Positions 1-14,554 of a stretch of 64,000 nucleotides of DNA are shown piece by piece (positions within the stretch are counted from its first letter, which is position 1; the number at the start of each line of letters is the position of its first letter). Made by a program: the position numbers and the translations under genes. The notes beneath the pieces were generated by a model. The model was given only the letters and a program-made list of their open reading frames with translations. It had not been told where the DNA came from and searched no databases. Source of the DNA: the human T2T-CHM13v2.0 reference genome, Homo sapiens; the NCBI RefSeq assembly GCF_009914755.1, contig NC_060938.1, one strand, 5' to 3'.

Positions 1-112
1 AGAATGATTCCACAGCCCCTGATTTGATGCTGTGTGGGGCAGAGTTTCCGGTACCACCTAGAATCAGACTGCATGCCAACAGAGTCCATGACCCAAGTCC
101 CTATTGGAACAC

Positions 113-230
113 TGGCCTACTTAACCCATTTCACAGAAAAACAGAAGCTCAGAGAGCCCCATGGTTGTTGAGTGGGGTGGCCCGGACAGTCTCAAAGATG
201 GTTCAAGCAGGAATTCAAAATATCTCCCTG
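113..230 (-). mobile_element. MIR SINE fragment
   Basis: cccatttcacaga..aaacagaagctcagagag resembles the antisense MIR core. Confidence 0.55.
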
Positions 231-2010
231 TCACTCCTGAAGAAGGAAGTTTACTGTGATGAAGACAGAAAACCAATACATCCACTGATAATATTTCTGG
301 ATGAAAACAGGTACACAGACATAACTTCAGGGAGTGAGAATTAAAATATAAATGTCTCTCTTTCTCATTTGATGAAATTAACCTTCCCTGAGATTTTAGC
401 TTGGGATTATGTAATCCATAAGTTACACACAAAACTCAGCAGGAAGTGAAAAGCTCCTTCAATTATTAATAACTTGGTGCAATGTTATTCACGATGGTGC
501 AAGCCAGCTGCACTGACTTGGTGTCAAATGTTTCCCGCCGCAGGGATTGCCATTACAGGACAACAAATGCTTAAAAGAAACCAGCCATTCTGAACATGTT
601 GGAAGGTGAATTTCTAACCACTTTCTTAAAAATCATTCATTAAAATGAACATGTGATACATCCGAAATGCCTGCAATTTTTCAGTTTTAGCTGAATTTAT
701 GTGTAACGATATTGCAATTAGCATAAATCAGAGCCACCTGATTTTACTGGGCCTCTAAAAGTTTAAAGCATGTGGCTCAACAAAACCACGTGCTATTCAT
801 CTCAGATAAAACCTGGTACTCATTCTCTTGTCAAATAGTTGGAAAATATCAAACATAAAAAGAGAAATCACATTAGTTCAAACCCAGAATGAGCAGGCTT
901 TCAGCTAACAAGTCAAGGTGTAGGTTTACGACATGGCCATCTGCCATTTTTTGTTTGTTTGTTCATTTGTTTAACCAATTAATTAGGGGTTCCACTACAG
1001 TATAATGAGCATGTGTCATCTCTGCCTCTTACCTGGTGCACTAGGAGTCTCTCTGGAACTAATGGCTCTAATTCTAAAGGATATCATGTAGGGTAGTTGT
1101 CCTCCCCAGGGATTTACTTGAGGACTCTGATCTTTTGCCAAATGTGAAAAGTAGATGGGATTAATGGGATTGTAGAAGCAGGGGACTGGAGCAAGTTCAA
1201 AGCTTCTTTTGAAAATCAACTGCAAGTAGACATGGAAGAGAAGAGATGACCAAAGACTTCCACCTCCAGCCAAGTGGTAGAAAGACATTTGGAAGGTTCT
1301 CTTCTGACTATAATATAAAAGATCCTAGATCAAGTACAGTAACTTGTTTTAAAGGCATTGCTGAGTTCACTAGAAAATAAGGGATATTCAGAGACCCATA
1401 GAGACATACACACAAATAAAACATTTTAAAGTAACCTGCAGTGTGAGCAATCAGGCAACTAGGCAACGAAGAAAGCCAAAGTTTCTCTATAGCGAACGTC
1501 TGCCCTCGCAGTAGAACAAGAACCCAAACTCACTCAGTGGGAGGCAGGAAGGGAGCAGCAGGAAGGTTGATGCTGGCTGCTTCCTGCTTACTGTGTACCC
1601 TCTAAGGGCGTTCAAGTGGCTCCAGGTATACTGGTCCCCCAGGCTCCCCACCGAAGTTTTAAAAGCAAATCCTCTCTGAAAGAACATACTTTAAACCCAA
1701 GCCACAAGGAATTTCCACAGATAAGATTTCAAGAACATGGGTTCATAATAAAAAAAACAAAAATTAAAAACATTAAACACAATGGGAATAAGCCACCATA
1801 AGCAAAGAGACAAGAGAACAGAGAAATGATAGAATCTGAACGGCAAAGACTATAAATGTTGAAATAATTCGTTACAGAATGTAAAGTTAGTATGTTTAAA
1901 TAAAGGAGGGAATTGAAAAATACTAGAAAGGAAGATCAGGCTATATTGGAAAGCACTAAACAGAACTTCTAGAGATAAAACATATAATCCTGGAAATTAA
2001 AAACATCAAT

Positions 2011-2135
2011 GCAAAGTGTGGTGGCTCACACCTGTAATCTCAGCTACTCAAGAGGCTGAAGAGGAAGCGCTTGAGCCCAGGGGATCAAGACTAGCCTGGG
2101 CAACATAGCAAGACCCTGCCTCAAAAATAAATTAA
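2011..2135 (+). mobile_element. Alu monomer (FLAM-like)
   Basis: gtggtggctcacacctgtaatc...agcctgggcaacatagcaagaccctg followed by A tail. Confidence 0.85.
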
Positions 2136-2816
2136 TTAATCTACACTGAAGGTCTCCTAAAAAACTCAATGTAGCTGAAGAGAAAAATTAGTGAATTGTT
2201 AGATGGACCTGAAGATACTACATAAAATGCAGCAGAAAGACACAGAGATAGAGAATATGGAAGAAAGGTTGGATGAGACGGAACACAGAAAGAAGAACCA
2301 ACGGAAACCTAACTGGAGTTCCAGTGAAAAGAAAGAATGGAGAAGATTCAATACTTGAATAGAAAATGGCTAGAATTTTCTAGTTTTGATGACGGTACCA
2401 ATCTTCAGATTCAGAAAGCCAACACGTCCCATGCGGGATAAAAAAAATAAAGTCCATACGGAGACACATCACAGTCAAACTTTAGAGCAGACACAAAAAA
2501 GACAAAAAGATTTTTAAAGTAGTAGAAAGAAAACGTATCGCCTAAAGTACTAATTAAGATAAAACAAGTGAAGCAGAAGAAAGTGGAACAATATTCTCAA
2601 GAGAGAAAATAACTGTCGATCTAGAATTTTATATTCAGTAACACTAACTTCTAAGGGTAAGGGCAAAATATAACTTTTCAGGCAAAAATTCAGGACTTTA
2701 ACTACAAATAAACCCTTACTGTAGGAATTTCATAAGAATATATTTTAGGAAAGAGAAAAATGATCCAAAATGGAAGATCTGAGATGTAAGCAGAAATGAT
2801 CAGTACAGAAAATGTA

Positions 2817-3110
2817 GGCTGGGTGCTGTAGCTCATATTTGTAATCTCAGCACTTTGGGAGGCTGAGGGAAGTGAATCTCTTGAGCCCAGGAGTTCCAAG
2901 ACCAGCCCAGCAACATGGTAAAACCCCATCTCTACAAAAATGCAAAAAATTAACTGAACATGGTGGTGCATGCCTGTAGTCCCCACTACTCGGGAGGCTA
3001 AGGTGGTAGGATCATTTGAAACCAGGAGGCTGAGGCTGCAGTGAGCTGTGTTCGTGCCACTGCACTCCAGCCTGGGCAACAGGAGTGAGACCCTGTCTCA
3101 AAAAAGAAAA
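2817..3110 (+). mobile_element. AluJ
   Basis: Dimeric Alu with J-type cttgagcccaggag and gaggctgcagtgagc; TSD AGAAAATGT. Confidence 0.9.
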
Positions 3111-3166
3111 GAAAATGTGGCCAAGTATTGATTGTACAATACAATAATAATAATGACTAAGTGGTT

Positions 3167-3197
<31 letters not shown>

Positions 3198-3225
3198 AAA
3201 CACACACACACACAAAACACACACA
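3167..3225. repeat. (CA)n microsatellite, interrupted
   Basis: Direct reading. Confidence 0.95.
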
Positions 3226-4079
3226 AAGAAACAAAACCAGAACCAAAGTACTGGAGAAATGTAGCATATCAATTGGGAGGTGGACAAAACTGAATTTAAA
3301 GCATTCCCAGAGCCCTGTATTGATCAGAAGGTTAAAGATATTGATTAACTTTAAATACTTAAAAATATTCATGCTAAAAGTTCTAGGATCAACACTAAAT
3401 GAAGAAAAACAGAATGGGTAACTTCCAAACCATTAGAAAGGGGAAAAATGGAATGAGGAGTAGGAGAATCAATTTAAAATAATGCTAGAAACAAAAAAGA
3501 ATCTGAAAAAATAGGGCAAACACAAACGTAAAACGAGATGATAGAACCAAACCCAAAAATGTCAATAAAAATGCGCTAAAAATCTTCAGCTAAAAGGTAC
3601 AGATCATTAGCTCAAATTTAAAAAAGAAAAAAGAAGCCATGTGCTGTTTGCAAGAGACAATCCTAAATAACAGGATAAAGAAAAACAGGTTAAAAGTAAG
3701 ACTGGAACAAGTTGTGCTATGCTGGTATAGCAATATTAAAATGAGATCAGATAGATTTCAAGGCAAAAATCATTACTCCAGATAAACAGTCATTCAACAG
3801 TCTAAGGATTCAACCCATCAGGAAGATAAAACCATTCTAAACATTCACAGTTTCATTAAAATACCTTCAAAATATATATGTCTAAAATTGAAAGAGGTAC
3901 AAGAAGAAACAGTCAAATCTACATTGGAATGGGAGATTTTAATGCATCCCTTTCAGTATGCAATTGATCAAGCTGACACGCACACACACACAAAAGTTTC
4001 ATATGGAGAAGATTTGACATAAACATAGAACATGTGCTAATAATGGAAAAGACATATTTTCTGATGCACACATGACATC

Positions 4080-4240
4080 TTTTTTATTTTTATCTACTTA
4101 TTTATTTTTCATTTATAACTGATAGAGATGGGGTTTCACTGTGTTGACCAGACTGGTCTTGAACTTGTGGCCTCACGCAATCTCCCACCTCAGCCTCCCA
4201 AAGTGCTGGGATTATAGTTGTGAGCCACCACGCCTGGCTG
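4080..4240 (-). mobile_element. Alu left monomer (FLAM_C-like)
   Basis: agagatggggtttcactgtgttg...cccaaagtgctgggatta. Confidence 0.85.
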
Positions 4241-5934
4241 AAATATTTTTTAAAAACTGATATATACTAGACCACACAGCAAATGTCAACAAATTTCAAA
4301 GAAGCAATAATGTACAGATAAATTCTCTGACCACAATGTATTCAAATTAATAGTCAATGTTGAGAGATAACTGAAAACAAAAATTAAAAACAACCATCTT
4401 CTCTTTAGTGTGGAAATTCAAAAAACACATTTTAAAAATACCCATGGGTCAAAGAAAAAATCAAAATGGCAATTAGAAAATACTTATACCTTAACAATAA
4501 TTAAAATAAATATACCAAAACCTATAGAATGTAATAAGCAGTAGGGTGAGGAAAATTATAACCTTAAACTTCTATAGAAAAAGAAGAAAGGCTTGAAATA
4601 AAAGTACACAATCTAGACAAAGAAAAACAGAATAAATCCAAAAAAGAAAGGAAATTATAAATAGCAGAAATCAATGGAATAGAGAATAAATGCAAAGTAG
4701 AGCTAATTTAAAAAGTTGATTCTTTGAAAAAAAATCTATGGCGAAATTAAGCAAAAAAGAAATGATACAAATGAAATAAGGAATAAAAAAGGGACATAGT
4801 TACAAAAGATGTTTTGAAAGATGACAAGGTATATTATGAATAACTCTTTGCCAATATATTTGAAAAGAAAAACCCCTAGAGTTGCCAAAAGAAATTCAAA
4901 AGGAAATTTAAAAACACAAGTCATCCTATTATCATTACGTAAATTAAATCAATAGTTAAAAATCATCCCACAAGGAAAACATCAGTGCCAGACTATTTTG
5001 CAAGCAAGTTCCAACAAACATTAAGCAATAGATATTTCCAGTCTTAGATAAACTCTGAAAGAATGAATACGCCTCAACTCCTTTTCTGAGGCTAATGTAA
5101 TCTTGACACTAAACTAGATAAAGACAGAACTAGAGAAACCTGGGTTATAAACAAAGACACAAAATTCATAAATAAAACATTAGCTTGGCAACTCCAGTAA
5201 TATGTAAAAAAAAGTATCATAAGCAAGTATATTCAGAAATGCAAGTTTTGTTCAAAACGACAAATTTATAGTATAATTCACCACAGTAAAAAAAAGAAAG
5301 AAAAATTTTATAGTTATCTTAACAATGCAAACTTTTTTTTATGAAACTCAATAACCACTCATGATAAAAATATCACAGCAAAGTATGAATAGAATAATTT
5401 TGTTATGATAAAGCATATTTCCTAAGAAACCTTTAACTAATGTCCTATCAACTGTGAATCAGTAACATGGGTCCATTTAAAATATGAAATAACACAAAGA
5501 TGCCTGTTATCATAACTTCTATTCAGAGGTCCTGGACTGTGCAATAGGACAGGAAAAAGAAAAGATACAATAATTAGGGAAAAAAACCCCACCAGTATTG
5601 ACAAAAGATATGATTTGTGCACAGAAGAATCTATAAACTGTTAGAGTTACTAATGCAGTTTATTTAGCAAGGTTGCTGGAAAAAAATCAATAATGTGAAA
5701 TAAATTGCATTTCCATATATTAGCAGCAAGTAGAAAATACATCATATTAATTTGTAAAATTTATAACAGCATGAAAAAGAATCTATTCCATGTAGAATAA
5801 ATCTAACTGAACAGGCATAAGAACTTTAGGGAAAAAAATCATAAAGCTACAATGAGAGGCACTGTAAGATTTAAGTAAATGGAGAACTATACATGCTCAT
5901 GGACTGAAAGATGCAAAAAGGAGGTTTTGTTGTT

Positions 5935-6048
5935 AAGAGTCAGGGTCTCACTATGTACAGGCTGGCCTCAAACTCCCGGGCTTTAAGCAACCCTCCCGCC
6001 TCAGCCTCCTGAGTAGCTGGGACTACAGGTGCATGCCACTGCACCTAG
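5935..6048 (-). mobile_element. Alu monomer (FLAM-like)
   Basis: agggtctcactatg..caggctggcctcaaactcc...gagtagctgggactacagg. Confidence 0.8.
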
Positions 6049-7371
6049 CATTCAATATAGGAGTATTAATCCACAACAAATTGATGTAGAGATTCCATAC
6101 CACTCTAGTCAGGAACCATAATAGGGTGTCTTTTCTTTGTTTTTCTTGTTCGCGCACCCCCTTGCAGTTTATCAAGCTGATTATAAAGTTTATACGCAAC
6201 TGCAAAGAGCCAAGAATAGCAAAGACACTTTAAAAAGAACAAGGTGAGAGAACATGTGCTCCCAGACTTAAGAACTTACAAAGATATCATAATTCAGACA
6301 CTGTGGTATTGCCATGGTACAGGAAAATATGAAATAGGACCAAGAGTCCCCAAAATAAACCCACAAATAGAAAGAAACCTGATATATATCAGAGCTAGCA
6401 TTTCATATCAGTGGGAAAAAGAGGGGCTACTTAATAAGTGATGCTGAGATAACTGTTTATTATTTGAAAAATATTTAAGTGTATCTTTATCTCACACTGT
6501 AACTCCAGATGGATTAGAGACTCAAATAATAAGACTTAAATGTGAAAGCAAAAAACTTTCAATCTTTTAGAAAAATACTATAGGAGACTATATGACCATA
6601 GAGTAGGGAAATAAATTTTTAAGACACCAGATTTCATAAAAAGATTGATAAATGTGATTAATAAGAATGGAAATTGAAAGAGAGTGAAAAGACCATCCGC
6701 AAACTTAGAAAATCTGCAACATATGTAGTCAATACAAGATTGATATGTAGACTATACCAAGAACTCCTATGAAGAGAAGAAAAAAGGGAACCCAGTAGAA
6801 AAATGAGCAAAATGCTAAACAGGAAATCCATAAAATAATATATTCAAAGAGCCCCTTAAATATATGAAAAACTGTGCAACATCTTTAGTAAAAAGGGAAA
6901 TATAAATTAAAGTACAATGAGATACCATTACGTACCTACCAGATTGGTTGAAATGACAAAGCATGACAATTCTAAATGTGTGTGAAGATGTGGAGGACTA
7001 GGGACCATCACACTCTGCTGGTGGCAGTGTAATTGGAAACAAGCACTTTACAAAACAATGTGGCATTACCTTGTAAAGCTGAGCATGTACATACCCTATA
7101 AATCAACAATTTCACTCCTAGACATCTTAAATGAATCTGAGACATGTATAAGAATTTCCACAGTAGCACTGCTTGTAATATCAAAGAACTATTAATGATC
7201 CAAATGTCTTTTTTAAAAAAATGATAGTATAGTCACATAATGGGATATTATATAGCAGTGAAAATGACTCAATTACAGCTAGATGTCACAAAACAAAGAA
7301 ACCTAATATGAGTTTTTAAAAAAACAAAGTTAAGAAAGACACAGTATTATTCTAGTTATTTAAAAAACTCA

Positions 7372-7685
7372 GGGCTGGGCACTGTGGCTCACACCTGTAA
7401 TCCTAGCACTTTGGGAGGCTGAGGTGTGTGGATTGTTTGCGCCCAGGAGTTCGAGATCAGCCTGGGCAACATGGCAAGATGCCATCTTTACAAAAAATAG
7501 AAGAATTAGCCAGGAGTGGCGGTGAGTGCCTGTAGTCCCAAACACTTGAGAGGCTGAGAGGTGGTAGGATCACTTGAGCCCGGGAGGATGAGGCTGCAGT
7601 GAGCCGTGATTGTGCCACTGCATTCTGGTGTGGGTGACAAAGCGAGACCCTGTCTCAAATAAATAAATAAATAAAAATAAAAAGA
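7372..7685 (+). mobile_element. AluJ
   Basis: Dimeric Alu with (TAAA)n tail. Confidence 0.9.
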
Positions 7686-9179
7686 CAGTAGCCTCCCCAA
7701 ACTGTAAAGATGAACACTACGAAGAATGATAGGAAATACTAAGGAGCATGCAGAGAATCATTTAATACAAGTTGCATAAAATACTTCTCACCAGGTATCA
7801 AATTCTACCTAGGAGAGAGATGCCATTTAGGTCATTAAACTGATTTAACTTGTTAATTTACAGCTCTTCCCTACCTTTTTCACAAAATCCAGTCTAATTC
7901 TACCTGTGCCTCGGCTGTAAAATCAAGGTGAGGTTTAAGATCCCTTCCAGCAGCCCTAGAATTCTGCAATCTGGCAGATGCATGGCTAAAAAGGTAAAGG
8001 ACGTCCAGGGGCCAGGTGGTCAGCTCTAAGAGTTCTAACTCAGTGGTAATATCCAGGGGGACCACAATTTTCTCCCATGAGCTGCAAACTGCTCCCCTAA
8101 ACCACTGAGATAAACATGATTTCCTTTTTGCAAGAGATCACACAACACAAATAGGAGTGATCCTACAACTCTCCTCCATGAATTGTTTTGCATTTACAAC
8201 AGTCCAGAATCATTGGGAGTTTGGAGGATTTCTAGGTACAACATGAAAAGGAGCCACCAGGACTTTCAAAGGCATTAACGAACGTCATTGATATGAAATA
8301 TGAGGAGCAGCTCTAGAATGTTGATCAAATTTCACAGTTTGCTGGTCGTTGTTTAAATTTCTGGACCAGAAGGGCCCAAAACAAAAACTACGCTCGCTGA
8401 AATGGGCCCAGGAGGGAATTCAGTGCATGCTTTGTGTAACTGGGATTCTTTCCCCACTTTCCCTTAAACCTAGCTCTTTAGTATTTTCTCTTCTCCTCCC
8501 ACTACAAAGCAAAATCTAATACTGAGTTTTGTAATTGCCTTCAAAGACCATGATTTCAAAGACAAAGGCCAACAGGTGTTTGGTCTTTACATACAGAACA
8601 AAATACAACACTAGAAAAGATCAGCAGCCAATTTACCCTCAAGTTACATAATTGGACTACAACCCTATCTTAATACTAAAGGTTGCCACCTTCCTACACT
8701 ACTGAAACAAACATCTTCTCAAGGGAGGAGATAAAGACAGCTGATCCGGAGCAGAACTTAGGCTGAGAGATGGGTTTTCCCGATGATTCTATTTTGACAT
8801 GACCTTAAGAATTAATGTTTGCTACTACAGTCAGACCATTAATGCCTGACTTGCTTCATGTTCCATGGGAAGTGCAGTTTTTCACTTGAGGTTGCTGGAG
8901 ATCCAAATAAAATTAAGCAGCCTTAGACGGTGATTGGATGAAACTCTCATATAATTTGGCAACAAATAGGGTGATCTAGACTTGTAGTCCAGATTATGGC
9001 CAGCACTCTTCAAAGCCAATGGCTTTGCCAACAAATGTACTCTGTGCTGAAAGGTGGCATGAATTTAATTTAAGCCTTCTCCTAAGGTTTTGGGGTACCT
9101 GAGGTTCCAGTGCTCAGGAAGGAAACCTGGGAAGGTCTGTGAGAGACAGGCTAGGTGAATCCATGAGGCTTTCCGTGTT

Positions 9180-9300
9180 ACTTATTTATCAAACACCTAC
9201 AGAATGCTGACTATGTGCTGGGCACACAGCTGTGTGTGAATCCAAATAACACATGAGGCAGACACACGTTTCCTCTTGAGAAGCCCATGGGCACTTCCCT
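9180..9300 (-). mobile_element. L2 3' fragment
   Basis: tttatcaaacaccta..gaatgctgactatgtgctgggcac. Confidence 0.45.
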
Positions 9301-10620
9301 GAGGTCACACGGCTGCAGGAGATGGACCGAGGAAATGTGGTTCCTGAGTTCACGTACGTATTTTGTTGGTTCAGTTGCTACAGAACAGGCCTTCCCCACA
9401 TCAGCTTTTTCCCAATCCTCCAGCGAGCCCTGGACATGTCATTCTTTTCTGCCACCTGATGAGGCATGTAGGGATCAAAAAGAGCCCTAAAGGTTAAAAG
9501 CAAGGTGGCTGAGATCCAGGGAGGTTGCTGTGACCCAACCCAGGGTGTGGGACAGCCCACGATGCTGTGAATGTAAGAAACCTGGGACTCCTCCTTCCCA
9601 AGAAGGCCAGCAACAGCTCTCCCAGGGCTATCCATCATGGGTTCCATTCAATGCAATCTCTGCAAGGGATTTTCCTGGGAAAGCAGCCGAAGACACAGGC
9701 ATAAAACTTTAAGATGTGTGAGTAGTTATTTTGAGGATGATGTGTCTTGAGGACTTGACGCCCAGGCAAATTTAAAAATAAGCAGGTTTCCAACGTCTAA
9801 GGATGGGCCAATCTTGGAGGTTATTGAGTAAAAAGTCAACACCGTAAAGTCAATTACACTATTGACAGATACTCTTACAAGGAGATTTCACATCATAATT
9901 ATATGCAAAGGAACCTGGCAAATAGAAGCTGTGTAATGATCAGCTAATAAAAGTAACACTTCATCTATGTCAATAACAGTTTCAGAGTTAAGACAAACAA
10001 ACATGGCCTTTGCCACTCTGTGGAGGAAAAAAAAATCCCTGAAAGACAAATATTTTCACTTAAGGAGAAGTCGCTTAGATTCACAAGGAAAACCTGTCAC
10101 ACAAAAGAGAGTGGGAAATTGGTCTTTAGTGGGTGCTAATGACTCTCCCGCCCTCCCTGGGCCCCAGCTGAACAGACTGGGGCAGCAACCCCTGTAAACA
10201 TCTGAGCACACACAGAATACTTGGGCACTGCCACGTGGTCTGGGAGATAACATTCTGTGTTGTTCTAGTCTCCACTGCACTGCTTTCCTTTTTAGCCTTG
10301 GCTGAGTTTGGGTTCCACTGACATGTGGCCAAATTAAAAATGTTAAAATTATGATGAATGTGAAAATGCAAAACAAGATGTTTTTCCCCAAGCACTTCTT
10401 AATGGGTTTTACACAGACACTGATTAGGCAGATGCCTCCATAGCTATGTTTGTGTTCCTTCTTTCCAAAAGCATCTCAGTGTCTACTACCTGCCCTACAA
10501 AAAGAGGGCAAAGATACTACAAGCAAGTACCCCTAATGTTCCAGAGCTTACTACCCCTCTTCCCCTAATTTCCCTTAAAACTGAGGGGGGCAAGTTCAGA
10601 ACTGGTATTTGGACAATTAA

Positions 10621-10971
<351 letters not shown>

Positions 10972-11201
10972 TCTTTACTGGTTATCTGTTTATGCAAATC
11001 GTAACTTGCCTAGCTTCTGCAAACTATGGTTTCACATTTTACCAAAATGATTTTGTTCAAAACTCCTATGATGCTCAGGAAAGTCACTCCTTAATTAGAC
11101 TATACATCCTTTTGTAGTGGACAGAGATGAAGCAAGCTGTGCCATTACAAAGCTATTGCCACTCAGTCTCAAACCCACCCTTCTACTCTGTTTCCCAAAC
11201 T

Positions 11202-11233
11202 GGGGCTGGGGCTGGGGCTGGGGCTGGGGCTGG
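11202..11233 (+). repeat. (GGGGCT)5 repeat with G-quadruplex potential
   Basis: Five G4 tracts with 2-nt loops. Confidence 0.85.
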
Positions 11234-11262
11234 ACTTTACCACTGGGTTCCATGTGAGGCTC

Positions 11263-11280
11263 CGCCACCAGGGGGTGCCA
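11263..11280 (+). promoter_or_regulatory. Candidate CTCF motif
   Basis: CGCCACCAGGGGGTGCCA, close to the CCASYAGRKGGCRS consensus. Confidence 0.5.
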
Positions 11281-11659
11281 TAGAGAGACTGAGAAGGTGG
11301 TGGAGAAAGATAGAACTGGCTCCTGCCTGTTTCCTGTTCTTGTGCCACCCAGCAATGCCTCTGTACCTCAGCAGCAGCATTCATTCTCGGAGGTGCCAAA
11401 CCCAGTTTGCAGTTTTTCCAGCACTTGCAGAACTATGTTCCCTTAGGGGCACCAGCACCATCAGAGGCTGCTTCCTAGTCCCTGCCCCCCACGCAAAGGT
11501 GAGTTTCAGCTCCATGGGGTGATCATTCCAACCTCTTCCCTTTGTTCCGTCAACCCTAGAGGTGGTAGCTGCCTCCTGCAATGACTCTCTCCATGATACC
11601 CTGAGTCATCTTTTACCCTTTCAGTTACCTAGTTGATAACTTCCTACCTGGTTCACAGC

Positions 11660-12177
<518 letters not shown>

Positions 12178-13884
12178 TGATACACAAGTTTGGCTCAGAG
12201 GCTGTCTTGTTTTCTTTTACTCTGGAAGGAGCCCAGCTGAGGCACTCAGTGGACTGCATGAGTGGCAACTTTCAACAGAAACAAGACTGTTTGCTGCAGT
12301 GCTTTGTTATTCTCTAACTAGAAAGAAACCATCGGTAGTTGAAATAACACCTCAAGAGGGAACTAATCAGTAAAATTTGTCATCATAAATGCCATGAGAG
12401 TAAGAATTAAAATGAGAAGGCGGCTCCTGTTGAAGGTCCACCTGTTGTCCGCCTGGCTTTTCTGTGCCCTTCTATAAGGCATGGCTGGGCCCATAGTGAA
12501 AGCTACTCTTGAAGGCACTAAAAAAAATGGTCAAGAGGATAAACTGTAAGTCTATATTTAGAATCTGCTAATAAAAATACATTGTTGCTCCAAGCAAAAA
12601 TAGTTCACAGTCTCCAAGTCTTCTCAACCAAGAAGGTAAACTATGAGGCAACACAGGAAAGATTTTAAGAAAGAATGAAAAACAGAGTATGTCTTTTTCA
12701 TAAATGTGAGGTAAGAGCATTGGAATTTTGGCTTCATGGAAAGAGGCTTACCACTTAGGAACTCAAGAATTATTGACCTGAGAGTAGCCAGGAAAGATAC
12801 CGGGGAGGTACAAGAAAAACCTTTCCATGTATTTTTGGAAAATATCCCCTTGTCAGATTAGTAGAAATGATAAGTGGTTTTATAATTTGTTGCTATTCTA
12901 ATTGCTAACAACTTCCCATCTTATCAGAACCTATAGACCTTTGCTCTGAAGATTATGCGACTTGTCCTGACAACAGCAGGAGGAGTTAAAAGACAAGCTC
13001 GTGGAGAAGCTGCACGCGGCAGGGGAGTTTGACCTTGCTTCTCCCTCAGGCCCAGCTAAACACACTTTCTGGGTTGGTTTCCTTTTGGACATGAAACACT
13101 ATGAAAGCAAAATGGCCTTCAGGTGCAAACTTGATCCGTAAACGCAGAAGGAGAGGGATGGTACCTTCAAGGGATGCAGCTCAGTGAGACAGGCTTTTTC
13201 TAAACAAGCAACCAGGACCTGGCACATGCAATAGTGATGCGGCATCAGACAACTGATTGAGAGCTAGCCCTCATCCTCAGGACACAAAGCACCCAGGACA
13301 GAAAGGGACACACAGAGAAACTGCTACCATACAGGGTCACTCATTGAAGGGCTAAAGCATGGGGCTAATCGGTTCACGGCAAAGAGAAGTTTCTCTGATG
13401 CTGGTTCCCAGACCACATTAAAAAAAGCATTGGGAAGGGATCATCTTTTGTGTCAGATTTTGAAGGACGTGCTGCCTTACATATGAGGGTGAGGGGAATC
13501 TATGCAGACAAAACTGTATGAATAAGATGGGCCAATACTGGGCATATTTGGGGAACACATTTGGCTCGAGGAGAAGGAAGGACTATCAGGGTGATGCAGG
13601 GGCAGTCACAGAAGGTGCTTCTGCAGACAGCTAGAGGGGCACGGAGTTAGGAAACTGGTCTGGCAGTGGTGGATGGATGGGCAGGAGTGGGTGTAGAAGC
13701 AGCTGGCGGATGGGAGGAGGCTCCGCCAATGGTGCCTATGAGGGCCGCAGGCTGGCGGTGGACCCTGATCCGGGGCTGACAGTGGAGATGGAGAGCATGG
13801 AGGAGAGAAATGTCCCAAGGAAGGGTTCATGCGGTTTGGCAGCTGGCCTCATTCTTGGAAGCAGGGGAATGATGCCACCTGCTA

Positions 13885-14030
13885 TTTATAGACCACGTAC
13901 CAAAGCTCGCCTCACATCTGATTTTGCATTTGATTTTCCCCGCAACCCCTGGTAGGAGGCAGGAGTTTCACAGATGAAGGAACTGAGCCCAGAGTCACAG
14001 GACAGGGGAGGGACAGGACTGGGTCTTGCG
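13885..14030 (-). mobile_element. MIR fragment
   Basis: tttcacagatgaaggaactgagcccagag. Confidence 0.55.
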
Positions 14031-14554
14031 CTAGGCCCGTTAGCCTAGAATCCAATTAATATCCTGCCTTCTGTTTTCTTCTGCCCACCTCTTACCCTGC
14101 CTTCTTAGAATAAAAAACTTAACTTGCCTCCATCTCCTCATCTGTAAAGAGACCAGGATCATCTGGTGGCCCGAGAAAGAGAAGGGGGCATTTGGATTGG
14201 GAGTTCTTGGGGTTACTTTCACATTTCTGAGCACGCAAACCAGGTTTATTGCTGTCACTAGTTCGAAGCAGCTCCTCTCTGTCTCCAGAAGGGACCCCGT
14301 GGACAGAAAGCTGCCCTTCCCACTCCCCAGGCTGGCTCTGCCCAGCGCACTCCCCACTTACCTCATGGCCGCTGTCACCCCAATGGGAGTGATTGGCAGC
14401 GGCCGCACGCCAGGAAACAGCCCTCGGCTCAGGACCCGCGCTCCATTTTGGATCACTCCTGGAGGAACTGAAAAAGCAAAGGGGAGAAAGACACCGCACG
14501 TGAATTCAACTGTGAAGATTTCCGTTCCAAGTCAGAAATTCTGGATAGACCAAT

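Larger units (their letters stand above)
1200..7370 (+). mobile_element. Ancient degenerate L1M LINE (5' region, ORF1, ORF2 and 3'UTR remnants) interrupted by Alus
   Basis: A-rich + strand with L1 landmarks (ttctctgaccacaatg..attcaaatta, caatgagataccattac, caatttcactcctag); many stops and frameshifts; 5' boundary approximate. Confidence 0.85.

Noticed and set aside
8645-9000. Imperfect inverted repeat (tggactacaa / ttgtagtcca) as transposon TIRs
   Set aside because: Only about 10 bp perfect, needs gaps to extend, and has no TSD; compatible with chance
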